DNA from: Amoebophrya sp. A120 | Lineage: Eukaryota; Protista; Dinoflagellata | DNA length: 64,000 nucleotides | NCBI GenBank assembly: GCA_905178155.1 | Contig: CAJINV010000002.1 | Coordinates: 4,035,838 to 4,099,837 of the forward strand | Direction: 5' to 3' | Part shown: positions 23,551 through 36,173 of the stretch, in pieces | How positions within the stretch are numbered: position 1 is the first letter of the stretch | Layout: each line of letters begins with the position of its first letter | Notes under the pieces: generated by a model | What the model was told of the DNA's origin: nothing | What the model saw: only the letters and a program-made list of their open reading frames with translations | Database searches by the model: none | Translations under genes and position numbers: made by a program

Positions 23551-25833
23551 AAATGGTGTGTGAACGCGCTCATGTTTCTACATGTAGTCAGTGCCTGATA
23601 TTCTGCTGCGCGGATCACAAAATCCAAACCGCTTTCCCTATGCAGTTTTTCCGACTGATATTGATTCCGATTGCCTTGCTTCTTCATATCATGAATTGTA
23701 GAGCCATGGTGATCGTCGAGCTCGCGTTCACTTTCAAGATTTGTCAACGCGGCCTCAGTCTCTGCGAGGAAGTCAATGCGTCGCAATGGTGATGCACCGG
23801 CGTCACTTCCGCAAAGTAATAGATACATAAGGTGCCATTTATTCTTGCAAGCGCGCGAGGGTGATTTTTTTTCGTGATGCGTAGAAAACAGTCACGGGAA
23901 GAAAGTCGAAAACACGAAGGAGCCTGCTGGTCGTGCTGAGCCGAGAGAGCTACTGGGCCCATTGCACATGCACTCAGGCATGTTCGACGGAAAAAAAGAA
24001 GCCGCTGCGAAGGCGCAAGCCGCTGCGAAGGCGGATGCTGATGAACAAAACAACGAAAACCGCAACAAAAACGACCCACACGGTTTGGTCACGATGCTCC
24101 CACAAGGACAAGAGGGCGACCAGAAATAAGTCGTCCGCTACGGGCGATTGCATCCCATGGACGGCGATTTTTCTTTAGATTCAGTAAAATGTAAATATCT
24201 ATATCTGCAGATTTTGACAGACACACAGATGTGTAGCAAGATTTTCAACAAACAAACTAACAAACAAACAAGTAAATCGCATATAACTCTACATCTGCTT
24301 ACAACCACAACATCGGCCGCGCTCCAGGATTGGAGTAGGCATTTTGTTCGAACACGTCTCATCACAAGAACTTTCATTAATTTGCACGCGTCAACAAACT
24401 CTACTTTTTATACTTTTCAGCAGCTAGACCGACTTATTGCACTTCCACGTATACCTGTTTCTGTGTCTCGCGTGGTTTCTGTATTGGACAACTCTGTATC
24501 AATTATAGTTTTCACTTTTTTTTGAACATACTTACTACTATTTACGTACTCGTCGCATCTTCTACGCCTACCCACTTTTTGTTTCTCATCGTTTTCCCCT
24601 ATTTTGCCGATCGAAGCGAAGCTTTCACATTTTCCGAAAGTTTGTTGACATTCCTTGAGATAACGTGGATCGATGCAGATTTACATTCTGATCTTTCCCA
24701 TGTATTTCCATATACGACCACAGTGTTAGAATCTCAGCCACTCACTCATTGAGCGTCTTTGTCGATCATCCTGGAACAACCCATATAGTTCAAGCACAAC
24801 TAGAAATGAAAAGCAATGGTCAACATAAGAGCATCGTAGCCCGATCGATTCTGCTTCCCGTGAGATGGCTTTAATTTCAGGTCTGCATTTTCCTCCCAGA
24901 ATAAAGAAAGATGAGCAGGGAGTTGCTAGGCGAAACGCTTTTGTGATAGCAAAATCGCAGGAGGCGCAGATACTAAGCGCGACGACTTGCTCAAGCTCAC
25001 TTCTACACAAAACTTGATAGAGAGTAAGCGAATAAGAAAGCGAACAGTAATTTTCACATAGTACAGCTAGTAAAATAATCTTGCTCAGGCTCACTTCTAC
25101 GCAAAACGGATGCTCAGGCTCACTTCCCTCTGGGACTCATTTTACTTTTCAGTATAAAACAAAAACTGCTTTCACGAGAACAACCGGCTGGCACCTCGCG
25201 GAGCCGAAAAAAGGAAAACGGCCACGCTTGGAAATACATCCTCGAGGACAACGAACTTGAAACTCATTCGCTTTTAGACTGTACAAGAACAATTTTGTTG
25301 GGATACACAACGACACAAAAACAAAGACATAAAGAAACCACGGACGGATGTTGACTCCGAATCCGATGACTCAGATCATCAGGATTGTGTCCGTTCTACT
25401 TCGGCACACGAATGGTGTGGTCTTCGTTCCCGAATTTTTCCGGAAGCAAAAGTACAAGTATCTAATATCCCGGTCGTGGTCGCAGTACAAGCACTTGCAC
25501 GTACGTGCTGCTGCGTCTCGACGCGCAGCTCGTCATCAGGAAGAAGATGATGACCAACATCCTCACTTTCTTGTGCATCCGATTTCTACGGAAGTGATGA
25601 TCTTCCATGACACTACATCAGAAACAAGAAGATCCTTCTATTTTTTTATTTTTACACTGACCGAGGCAGAGTCGATGATCATCTCGATCTCAGATTTCTA
25701 GTAATTTCGATGAGTCAGTCACGACGACGATCTTCATCAAGGACAGCAGTCAGCGGTCTCAACAGCAAAAGATCTTCCTAGAGTGTCCGTAGTTCTTGTA
25801 CATCTTAGCTTTTAGCGAACAACTACGCAGATC

Positions 25834-26106
25834 GTGGATCCCTACTGCGCTTGTTCGTGCGCAGCTGAAGCTCGCCTCGTCACTACCGCAGCAGCTGTTT
25901 TCGGTTCAGCTCTGCTCCACAAGGTTTTCCTGTCCGTCAGCACGAGGACAATGTTCACAGCACCGCCCGTGGTCTCCGCGTCCATGATGCAGCCGCCGAA
26001 GACTTCCGCTTTGGACCTCCCGGCGCAGCTCAGACGAGAGATCTCACGGACACCACGGCCTAAGGATACTGTCGTTAGTGGTCAGTACAGCGGGTCAACA
26101 AGATGA
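25834..26106 (+). pseudogene. Truncated duplicate of the 5' end of the 26758 gene
   Basis: TTAAAVFGSALLH...PVVSASMMQPPKTSALDLP matches ~26850-26975, then stops. Confidence 0.65.
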
Positions 26107-26331
26107 CAAAAGATCGGGACTCTTCTATTGGATCAGTCTGTAGATGCAATGGAGACTGCTGAGCATGATCCGACCGTCGAAGTAGAGAGTCTGAAAAGAT
26201 CCTTCTGCTCTGGATCAGACTTTTTTGCACAGGTTCCTGCTCATAACACAAGCAAGGAGCGCAAGTACTTAATTGATCCAGCATCACGCATCTTTTCCAA
26301 GGTTGGCTTGAGTAAAGTTACTACGACAGTT

Positions 26332-26423
26332 TTGATTTTTACCTCCGCCTAAAGAAGCGAGCACACAATTGATTTTCACTCGCTCGCCTAAAGAAGCGAG
26401 CACACAATTGATTTTTACCTCCG
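26332..26423. repeat. ~39-bp tandem repeat (x2.3)
   Basis: CGCCTAAAGAAGCGAGCACACAATTGATTTT occurs twice. Confidence 0.8.
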
Positions 26424-26757
26424 ATTTGTCGGAAAAAACAACTTTCGAAAGCTCAAACACAAAACTCAGGACGGCAAAAATATAACCATCCGTTTATTTA
26501 TACAGCTTGTAGTATTTTCTGATCAACATCGTACGGTACTGCATAATTTTAATTTTTAGGATAGCTACTTTACACCTAAGAAAAGGTACACTCCATGATA
26601 TTATCTCTACAATTGCGATCGACACAAATAAGAAACTGAAACGAACGAACAAAACACAAAAAGTTTTGTGCGCTTTGAACACCATCAACATTTAATCTTG
26701 TCGCGTTTTGATCAAAGCGAACTAACTGTAAAAACCATTTGTAAAATCCACACAACC

Positions 26758-29700
26758 ATGCGGAAGTCCAACCGTTGCTCGTCCGCGCCGTTGCTCGGGC
26801 GCCAGCACCAGCGTAGAAGTTCCAATACTTCTAGTAGCCTGAGGAATATCTTCACTACCGCAACAGCTGTTTTCGGTTCTGCTCTGCTCCACGTTCTCGT
26901 TCCTGGCGTGACAATCACACCCGTGGTCTCCGCGTCCATGATGCAGCCCCCGAAAACTTCCGTTTTGGACCTCCCGCCGGCGCAGTACAGTTCCGGCGCA
27001 CTCGTAGATGGGACCACGAACAACAGTCTGACCGAAATCCAGCGGAAGCAAGAGGAAAAGAAGGCCGCATTGCGGAAGCAAGTGACGCAGCTGAAGTGGC
27101 GCTTGCTGCAGAATCTGCACAAGAAAAAGCTCGGCTATTTGGAAAGCAACCTAATGCGGAGGGACATTGGAGCGGAAGAGAAGAAGTTGCGGGAAACGCA
27201 AGTTTCACTCTTCCAACGAGGGCTGAAGCGGCACCGCGAGGGAAAGTTGGAGGTTATCAAATGCAAAAATGTCTGGGTCGGGAAGGATACAACTTGTGAT
27301 GCTGCGTTTCGATTCCAAAGAAAAGCTCTGCATGAGCAGCCAATGAAGTCCTGTTTTTGCTACGCGGAGAGGGCATTTGTCATGTGGATTAGGGATGAGG
27401 TTGAGGAAGCCCTCAAAACATCTGCGATGCTAGGGCATGCATCACAGACATCATGGGTCATGCATAACGTGCATGCCAAACAAGTGCACTCTTCCAGACC
27501 CAGACATTTTTGCAATTCATAGTCCTCTTGCCCGCGCATTTACTCTTGTCCAGTAGCAACGGGACGACGAATACCGCAAGAAGAAACTGTTTCACTGTGA
27601 ACTTGTGATGCAGAAAACGAAAAGCCAAAGCGTTTGTCTTGCTAGACCTGCAAGACGTTTGAATTTCCGCCGTGTTTTCCCTTGGGAAGCGCGCATGGCA
27701 AATTTTCTGTTTCATGTGTAACAAACCTGTGATGCACATTTTGCAAAACAATCGCAGTGAAACACTTTTTTCGTGGGATAATGAATGACGGTGCTGTAGT
27801 ATCCGCGGTGGAGCTTCTGAAAGCCGCGGTGAGACGCGAAAGCGAGTTGATGGTCAATTGCCTGGAGCTGGAGATTATGCATTACAAAAGCATCCGTACT
27901 CGTATAAATGCATTACAAATGTTTTTTAAAAGAAAACTGGAATTTGTAATGCTGATTTTCCTAAGATGGGCAATTTGTCATGCACGATTACAATTACTAC
28001 GAGTGTGATGCTTTTGCAATGCATAGAGACCCACACGGAAGTGACGGACAATGCGCGGGAGAAGTACGTATCCTGTGCAAAAGTATCGTACTCGTATTGC
28101 AAGCATGCATTACAAATCTTTTTTTCAAGGTGAATCCGCATTACATCATGCTGAGGAAATTTGTAATGCATTTGTACGAGTGCGATACTTTTGCAATTCA
28201 TAATACGCGCTCTATTTCAAGGAGAAGGCCGAGCGGCTGAAAAGAAGGGCAAGCTCGGCGTTTGTTTCGAAGCGGATTAAGGCTGATGTAGTTCCAATGG
28301 ACAAGCAGTTCAGAAGCGAGCGGGCCTCGAGTAGTGGTCCTCGTCGTGCCGGAGTAGAGCGGGCTGGCGCTCCTCCTGCGTCTTCAGGTAGTTCCTCTTC
28401 GTCCCCCCGGCGGCTGGACGAAAGTACGAGAACTCTTCCAAAAGGTGGAGCAACACCACCATCTCGGTATTGGACCGCGGATGTGAAAAAGCGCATGCTC
28501 CAGTACGCCAGAATTGAGCGGCAGAACAAAAATAACAAGTTTTTCTTCCTGCTCAACGACAAGTATTCTACGAAGCTTTTCACATACGAGAAAACGCTGG
28601 ACGTGCAACAACTTATTGAAGGTGGAGGGCTCGTTGTCCCTTCGGATGATGGTCATCCCGTCGAGGTTTTGTCTTCATCTGCAAGTTCTTCGTCCGGGGC
28701 CGCGGAAGGAGGCGCAACATCATCCAGAAGGCCGCGGGCCAGTACGACCTCTGAAGGTGATGACGCCGGCGCATCTTCTCGTAGAGGTGGAGGCCGCCGG
28801 GCGAATAAAAGGCGTCGACGCACCGAACAAAGTGGCACAGCTGCAGGATCCCATCAGGGGGGGCATCATCAACATCAACATACAGCATCTGCATCGTCGT
28901 CGGCCAATTCCTCCGGCGCAACTTCTAGAGGTGGGGCAGGCCGTGCAAGAACCAGTGCCAGCCAGCAACGGAACCAGCGCGGGCGGTCTCGCTCGCGGTC
29001 CTCGCGCTCGTCCCCAACAAGGCTATTTACTTCCGCGGCTGGAGGTGGAAGTAGACACGGCACAACTCTCCAGAGAGACACGGAGCAAGCACGTCGAGAG
29101 GACGATAGCAAAGATGTCCGGTCCGCGATTTTGGCCCGGCTGGACATGCGATTTGTCGCCTCGGCCAAGGTCCTGAAAGAGGTGCTTCAGGGGCACCCGG
29201 ATGTCGAGGCTGGCATCGACGACCATGAGCAAGACTCTGTGTTCGCACTGGCCGACTCGGTGAAGGACATTCCCTTTTGCGCAGCCACGCGGGACGAGAT
29301 TCTGCCGAAGTACGGGCTGTTGCCCACGCGGCAGGACGATGCAGTTTATTCTGACGGAACCGACACCTTCGCAGCTGGAAGCACAAACCCTGGTAGCAGT
29401 TCATCTTTGGAGGTTTGTATGAAACGTAAATTTCCCGTACATGTACAGAATGCATGACAAATTTCGCTACCTTGCAGTGTCCAACTTGTCATGCTAGACT
29501 ATGACTGAACCTGAAGGCAAATTTTGTCATGCAGAGACCGCATTTGTACGTGTACGGGAAATTATTTACTGTGGATAGTGTGGGTGTTCCCGAATCCGAC
29601 CGGGGTAAACAGTCAAGTGCTGTTTGGTACTGTGGACCACGAAGCTCCTACAACGGCACCAGGACCTGGAAGTGGCACTTCTGCGCAAGGAGTAGAACCT

Positions 29701-32700
29701 TTGGAAGAACAAGAGGACAATTATATCTTGTGTAAAAACATCCCCACACCAGAGTCAAGATGGGAAATCTGCTAGACAAATCATCCAGCTTTGGTTGTTT
29801 CGCATGACAAATTTGGCCCCGTAGTGTAATCCTGTTTAGCTACCTCCAGCAGCATCACAGATCTAGCGTATCATGCTGGTTCGAGCATTGCAAATTCTAA
29901 AACACGAATAGAAAATGCTTCTCATGCGGCTCCACATGGGAAACCTTTTTGGCATGCAGATTTGCATGACAACTCTGGGCTGGGGACGTTTTTCCTCATG
30001 ATAAATTACTTTGTGAAGCGGGTGTTTTTCCAGGCGAAGGTCCGGAAAATTTTTATCACGGACTTGTGGCGGAAAAATCAGGAGCAAACAAGAAGAACAA
30101 GTGTTTCGTCTTCTTTTTTAACATCTGCTGACACTGTTGTAGCTGGTCGTCCACAACTGGCACCAGGAAATCCTAGTACACCTGGAAGTGGGGCAGTTGG
30201 ATTGTCACAGCAAGGTTCAACATCTTTGGAGCCTTGGATGGAGATAATCGAAAGGGTGAATGCCGCGGTCGCAGACAGTGCGAAAAACTTCAAGACTACG
30301 CGCGTGCAGTTGGAAAAGGGCAAACTGATGCACTTTGCGAAGTTCTACGTGCCTGCGGTCCTGCCGGTGGTAGCGGGAATGCTCTGCGACTGGCAGTACA
30401 CCGGGGGTGCGATCTGGCGCGCTCTTCCCCAAAGCTGGGCGTCCGGCGGAGAAGGTAGTAGTAGTACCACGACGAATTCACCAGCGAGCACGTGGTCCAG
30501 CAGCCGACGCCGGCGTTCTCTATTTAGTCCGAGCGACAGTTTTGACGCCCAACAGCACGGAGACGGCGCAGCAGCGGCGATTTTTGCCCTTATGGCAATT
30601 GCTGCTGCGGCGGCGCTCGCCATCACAGTTCCAGCGACAGCAAGCGGAGCGGGAGTCGCGGGGCTCATCGTTTCCCGCACATCGGAAGCGCGCGAGCGCG
30701 ACGCACGGCGGTTGGATATCATCTATCAGCAGCTGCAGGACGCTATAACCCGCTCAGGTGTTACAATCTCAAATCGATTACCATAGAATCTGAGACCTGT
30801 CTTGCATGATGAGCATGACAGACTCGCACAGCGTTCCACTTTCTGCAATACAAATTTCGCCAGATTGTAGTGGGGTTTGGGGCTCCGGAACTTGTCATGC
30901 GCAATCCTATGAGAGTCGGCTAGATCATGCACTCCTGCATCACAGATTTCCGTAATTCTATTGTAACGTTTGAGATTGTAACCTTTGAGCGGGTCATAGA
31001 CGCGCTCAACAGATTCGGGACGGAACAGCAGGAAATTGCGAAGGCAGTCGAAGAGCTGAAAGAATTACTAGTATTCTGAGTAAAAACGTCCCCACCCCAG
31101 AGTTGTCATGCAATTCTGCATGCCAAAAAAGTTTCTCATGCGGAGCCCCATGAGAAGCATTAATGAGAAGCATTACCTAGTCGTGTTTTGGAATTTGTGA
31201 TGCTAGAATCTTCAGCATGACGTGCTAGGTTTGTGATGCTGCTGAAGTAGCGAAACAGGAGCACACTATGAAGGCAAACTTGTCATGCGAAACAGCGAAA
31301 GCTGGTTGATTTGTCTAGCAGATTTCCCATCTTGAGTCTGGTGTGGGGACGTTTTTTCTCCGGACAACTAGATATTGATAATTACAACGGGGATCCACCT
31401 CGTGCTCGTCTTGCTGCGTCGTCCTCGGAAGTAGCAGGTGTTACAACTCCAGGAGCAAGTAGCGCAGGTGCAGCTACAAGTGCTTTCGTTGCAGGAGGAG
31501 CTGCACCAGCAGCTTCAGGTGCAGCGGGCACTACTAGCAGTACTGGCCGCGGAACAGGAACCAGAGCCTGTCCCATCAGCGTGGATCTGGAGACCGGCAC
31601 GATTCGGACGATGAACAAATCAACTTCCGGCTTTTCCCTGCACTCCTTCATGAATTGGATGTTGCGCTCCTCGTCGCAGTTGCGGAGCTCTATTGCAGGC
31701 AGAGCCTCGTCGTCGAATCCATCAACGACTGGGGCGTGGTCGCCTCAGGACGAAGTCGACGCGGGGAATCGTAGTAGGGCTAGTACAAATTCTACCCCTG
31801 CTGGTACAACTTCTAGACAAGATGATGAACCAAGCGGCTCTAGAAGTACTAGATCCGGAGCGGTTACATTGGGGTCGTCAGCCTCCTCGACCGCAGAAGA
31901 TCTGATTTTTCTCCCGTCTTTCGTCGAGCAGGGTGAAGTATGCATTGCAAATATGTCTGGGTCTGGAAAAGTGCCAGTTTTGTCATGCTAGGCTAGCAAG
32001 GCTCTTAAGTCTGTCATGCTCGTTTTTTTTTTACCCAAAAGCCCTATTTTTCTGCGATCCAGTGGAACGCAGTTTGTCATGCAGAATAGGCAACACTACT
32101 TAGAAGCCTAGGAACTTGTCATGCTGAGCCAGCATTTGTGGTCTCCACATGCTAAAAGTCACGTCAGCATTACAAGTTCCCAGACCCTCCAGACATATTT
32201 GCATTTGATATGAAGTGCGCGTGTTCCGGTCCTTGTTCGCCGACTTTCTGGAAAGCAAAACCACCTCTATATCCTGAGTAAAAACGTCCCCACACCAGAG
32301 TCAGGATGGGGATTTTGCAACACAAACCTCGGAGTTTTGGGAGTCACGCATGACAAGTTGCACGCCGCAGTGTAGTGCAGGTTAGCAACTGCAGCCGCGT
32401 CACAGATTCATCTGCTCATCCTGTTCACAGCATGACAAATTCCAAAACACGACTGGAAATGGCTCTCGTGGGGATGCGCATTACAAGTCTTCCTGTCTTT
32501 GCAAATCTGCATTACAACTCTGGCGTGGGGACGTTTTTACTCAGGATACTCTAGTCTCTCTGCCGCCTTGCACGAGCAAATGCTGGCGGATCAAGCGAGA
32601 GTCCGAAATGAAGACCCGGTCCAGCGTATGAGAGTGCACAACCTCATCCCCTCGTCCCCCTCATTTGTAATCCAAAAGCCCAAATCCAAGTGCTTCCGTG

Positions 32701-34172
32701 TGGCACTGTATGCATGAGAGATTGTTCCGGAAGTCCAAACAGTACTACACTTGGCGCATGAACTTGTCATGCACAAGCTCCACGTGTGTTATTGTTTGTA
32801 TTGCTGTTCATGCAGTACAAATAAGGGGACGGGGGAGTTGTGCACTGTCATACAGCAGTTCGCTCAGCAATACGTGTGCCCGATCTGTATTGATATCAAA
32901 TGCAAAAATGTCTGGGTCTGGAAGAATGCGCGACTTGTCATGCAGCTTTTCCATGACCCATGAGGTCTGGAATGCACGACCTAGCATGACAGTTTCTGTT
33001 CGATCTCTCTCATGCCTATCCTGCATGAGAAACTCCCTTCCGACTTGGTCAAAGCTGGACGACTTTTGGTAATCATGCAACATCGATTTTTGCATGCTTC
33101 AAATCTAGCATGACAAGTTGCATTCTTCCAGACCCAGACATTTTTGCAGTTGATAATGGACTCCCCACTCCAATTGCCGCAGGAGGTGCAGCAGAGGTCG
33201 GTGGGCGCTGCTGGAGACACGAGGAACAACTCCCGTGCTGCTTACAAGACGAAAAGGCTAGCGGTGTTGCCTTGTGGGCACACCTTCTGTGAGGGTTGCA
33301 TCGGACATTGGACGCACAATCACCCTAGTTGCCCCGTCTGTCGCCTTTACATTCCCCGTATGAGAGTGCACAAGAGCCCCCATTTATTAATAAATATTAA
33401 TATTGTCGTCCCCCGCTTTAAATGTTAATTATAATTTGGAAGAAAAAGAAGAGCACCGGCAACAGAAACAAAGTATGAGAATTTTTGTAGCTTCCGCATG
33501 CCAAATTAAGTGACATGCGCGCGGCTTGTAGTAAGGATAGACACAAGTGTTTGGGTGCTGCTGTCCTAGTTTATTTTCATGCCAGATGATGATGATACAT
33601 ACTGATAGCGAGGATGTGACATACTCAGTATCCTATCTGTAGTTGCGTTTTCGCATGACGACTCCGGAGATGGGGAGCAGTTGTGCACCCTCACACCCCG
33701 TGCCAGTGTCTGGCACCGTGCCAGCGCAGTTGATCCGAGCAATCTCTACAATGCGCGCTGTGTTCCACGTTACGAGGCGCCAAGTGGTCATCACGTCTGG
33801 GCAGGCCGTGATCGTGTTGTGCCCTTGACGTTCAAGATCTACAAGCGCGACACGGAAGTCGAGGAACAGCATCCGCGTTCCAGGGGGCACGTGGAACTGG
33901 TGCAGCCGCAGGAGTACATCAAGATTCATCATCAGGCCCCAAGTGGAGGCTTCACAGGAAAGACTACATTTACACCGAAAGTTGAAATCGAAGAGCGCCG
34001 AGCCATTTCGTCAGCGGACCACACCAGTGCAGGTGCGGTGCAGCGCACCGAAGATGGGAATGAATCTTTCCTCCAGGTAAAGTGGACAAACAGGAGGGAA
34101 CACGAAGGGTCTGCGTCTGCTGGCCAGCAGGGCGAGCGCGAGACGAATCTGGAAAGACGGATCAGGTTGTAG
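26758..34172 (+). CDS. Large membrane protein with C3HC4 RING finger (putative E3 ubiquitin ligase), ~1407 aa, 14 exons
   Basis: Removing 13 elements +5 nt leaves 4224 nt in frame; N-terminal hydrophobic segment, coiled coil, two hydrophobic segments at ~30.3-30.7 kb, RING motif CPIC...CGHTFCEGC...CPVCR. Confidence 0.82.
27255..27521. mobile_element. Introner family A
   Basis: TIRs; decayed TSD gaggt/gtcct; frame restored. Confidence 0.88.
27572..27780. mobile_element. Introner family H, variant 5' end TAC
   Basis: Close copy of 42827-43034; TSD acgaa/atgaa. Confidence 0.9.
27876..28025. mobile_element. Introner family D
   Basis: TIRs; TSD gagat/gagac. Confidence 0.9.
28069..28202. mobile_element. 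Introner family D (134 bp, shortest)
   Basis: TIRs; TSD gtacg/atacg. Confidence 0.9.
29418..29577. mobile_element. Introner family I
   Basis: TATGAAACGTAAATTTCCCGTACATGTACA...TGTACGTGTACGGGAAATTATTTACTGTGGATA; TSD gtttg/gtgtg. Confidence 0.88.
29724..30003. mobile_element. Introner family B
   Basis: TIRs; perfect TSD aatta. Confidence 0.92.
30744..30998. mobile_element. Introner family E
   Basis: TATAACCCGCTCAGGTGTTACAATCTCAAA / TTTGAGATTGTAACCTTTGAGCGGGTCATA; perfect TSD gacgc. Confidence 0.92.
31072..31366. mobile_element. Introner family B, opposite orientation to 29724; 3' end ACA
   Basis: TIRs; perfect TSD actag. Confidence 0.92.
31939..32210. mobile_element. Introner family A (absent from paralog at ~18817)
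   Basis: TIRs; perfect TSD tgaag. Confidence 0.93.
32270..32548. mobile_element. Introner family B (absent from paralog at ~18870)
   Basis: TIR TATCCTGAGTAAAAACGTCCCCAC; perfect TSD ctcta, single copy in the empty paralog. Confidence 0.95.
32627..32852. mobile_element. Introner family C
   Basis: TIRs; TSD cagcg/cagca. Confidence 0.9.
32894..33155. mobile_element. Introner family A inside the RING domain (absent from paralog)
   Basis: TIRs; TSD attga/atgga; the empty paralog site reads atgga. Confidence 0.92.
33359..33695. mobile_element. Degenerate introner family C, 3' end ACA
   Basis: TATGAGAGTGCACAA...TTGTGCACCCTCACA; perfect TSD ccccg. Confidence 0.85.
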
Positions 34173-36173
34173 AAAGAGGGTGGGCCTGGTGAGTTGTATT
34201 CACAACCGGAAGTACTATACTTACACCTTTCAGATTTGTAGGATTTTTACTGAAAGCATTAGCATGTGCATGATAAGCATATCATGTACTTATCTTGACC
34301 AAGAACGCACTCACATTACTCACTACTACGGCAGAAGATTAAAAATGTGAAGAGGAGCAAATAACTACGACCAGCTTTTTATTTCATCTTCTACTTTATT
34401 GCTTCGTAAAAAACTATAGTTGTTAAACTTTCAAAAGGATTAGTGCATATCATATTCAAAAATAGGTAGTAGTGCTTGTCTTATACCTTCTGTATGATAA
34501 GGTGAACACTCGTAGTTCTAATGTGAAAATTTGTGAGAAGAACAGAACAAAGGAAATTCGATTCGACGTGAAGTACAAAATAAAAATTACGCATGAACCA
34601 AAATAAAAAAAATGTAAACGCGTTCCCACCTTCCGCATGAACACAAACAAACAAACAAAATTACGCATGAACAAGCAACCACGCATGATATGAGGAGACC
34701 GACACCACAACCATTAGTGCCATGATATTAAAAAGTCCCCATCGACCCATTATATCGATTGGTTTATTTCGGGGCGAGCAGGCCGATAGGGAACACGGAG
34801 GCGCAATACTCCAAATCAAAATCAACGCATCGAACGACATTATTTCATGCAAAAACTCAAGAAGTTTTGGCGATCGATACAATGGCAGTCTTCCTGCCAT
34901 TTTTTTTTAAAGTTTTGCTCTGCATGTTTTGTGTATTATTTGTACAACTACAATGATTTATTATAGTTTTTGCCTGTTTAATAACTTATTTTTGAACCGT
35001 AGTTGCTACTTGCCGCGGCAAGTAGCAGTACTATCCACAGGGCAAAGCCAAACAAAGCGCCCGCGGCATTTATTTCCATGTAGAGGAAGAAAATTGCCAG
35101 ACACGAAGTAATGAAGCAATCATGCCATAGAGATAGATGGATGCATTTTTTTCTGCAGGTGGATTGATAATTCTTGTCGCGCCGGGATGCTTGTTGACTT
35201 TCTCGTTGTCTTTAGAGTTGGTGGAAAGCGCAATTTTACTTTTACCGCCTTTTCCTCGACACAGATACAAATTATTACCGTATTGAAAATCGATGCAGCA
35301 GGTGAAAAGAACGCACCGAATTATGATGGGTACGATGAAGGTTGTTCCATTCGTTTTCGTGTGACGCAGGCACAGGTCAGGGTAGTAGCGAGAACAGAAA
35401 CAAAAGGAAATAACTCGAAGCCGATAAAAATTGTTGTACTAGAAGGTGGAGTTGCTGACAAGAAGTCCACCTGGCCGCCGAAAGATCACTTCATCCATGA
35501 AAGAGGAAGATCTTCATGCTGAGAGGACCGCATGCAAAAAGATATAGTTTCGAAGAGAACCATAAGGACCACCGATCTTCGGCGTCACTAGGTGACCAAA
35601 GAACACAAGTAGCGGAAGAAAGTAAAAGTCGGCGATCCAAATAGTACAAGTAGAAGCGCATGAAGATCGATGAACTAAAAGTCGGTGACAAGTAGAATCT
35701 AACAGAATTAGTCGGTGTGTGATCAGTTACTTAGACCTCGCTTTCGAGTTTCGATGATCATGATCGATCTCCATGTTGACCATGAAGCTCCGCCGGAACA
35801 AAGTACCTAGTACTTCTGTATTTCTATTTGCGATCTTGATCTTCAACAGTCTGAATCTTCACAGTGCGGATACCGTGTGCTCGGCGTAAGCAGCTAGATT
35901 CATCACCTACTGATTTTCGAAAAATCTGAATTTTTTATCGTCAAAATCGGACCACAAGACTATATTTTCATCATAAAAGTATAAATACAACTACCTCCAC
36001 CCTGTGCCTGTACGAGTTTGTCGACATCTATTGTTGTATAATTGATGCATAAAACATTGGTTCCTCTGTTTTCGTGAGAGTTGAACCTCCCTGCTCAGCA
36101 ATAAAAGCGTAAGTAGTTTCGGTTTGAGATTTCGCAGAAATTTTCAGGCTCCTTTTTACGCTTTCAAAAAAAA

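Noticed and set aside
24987-25126. Three short imperfect direct repeats TGCTCA(A/G)GCTCACTTC
   Set aside because: Local micro-duplication with no further structure
31934-32215. Reading the TA...TA ends as Tc1/mariner TA duplications or ciliate-type TA-IESs
   Set aside because: Empty paralog sites show the duplication is the outer 5-mer; leaving one TA plus both 5-mers adds 7 nt and breaks the frame
31938-32215. Apparent GT...AG boundaries at this element (gaa|GTATG...TGAAG|)
   Set aside because: Using them removes one base too many and frameshifts relative to the paralog; a coincidence of this TSD
32269-32280. RTATCCT at family B ends resembles the U12 (minor spliceosome) 5' splice site
   Set aside because: The preceding base is simply the last TSD base and varies (c, g, a, t); other families lack TATCCT; no U12 branch site or consistent AC/AG acceptor
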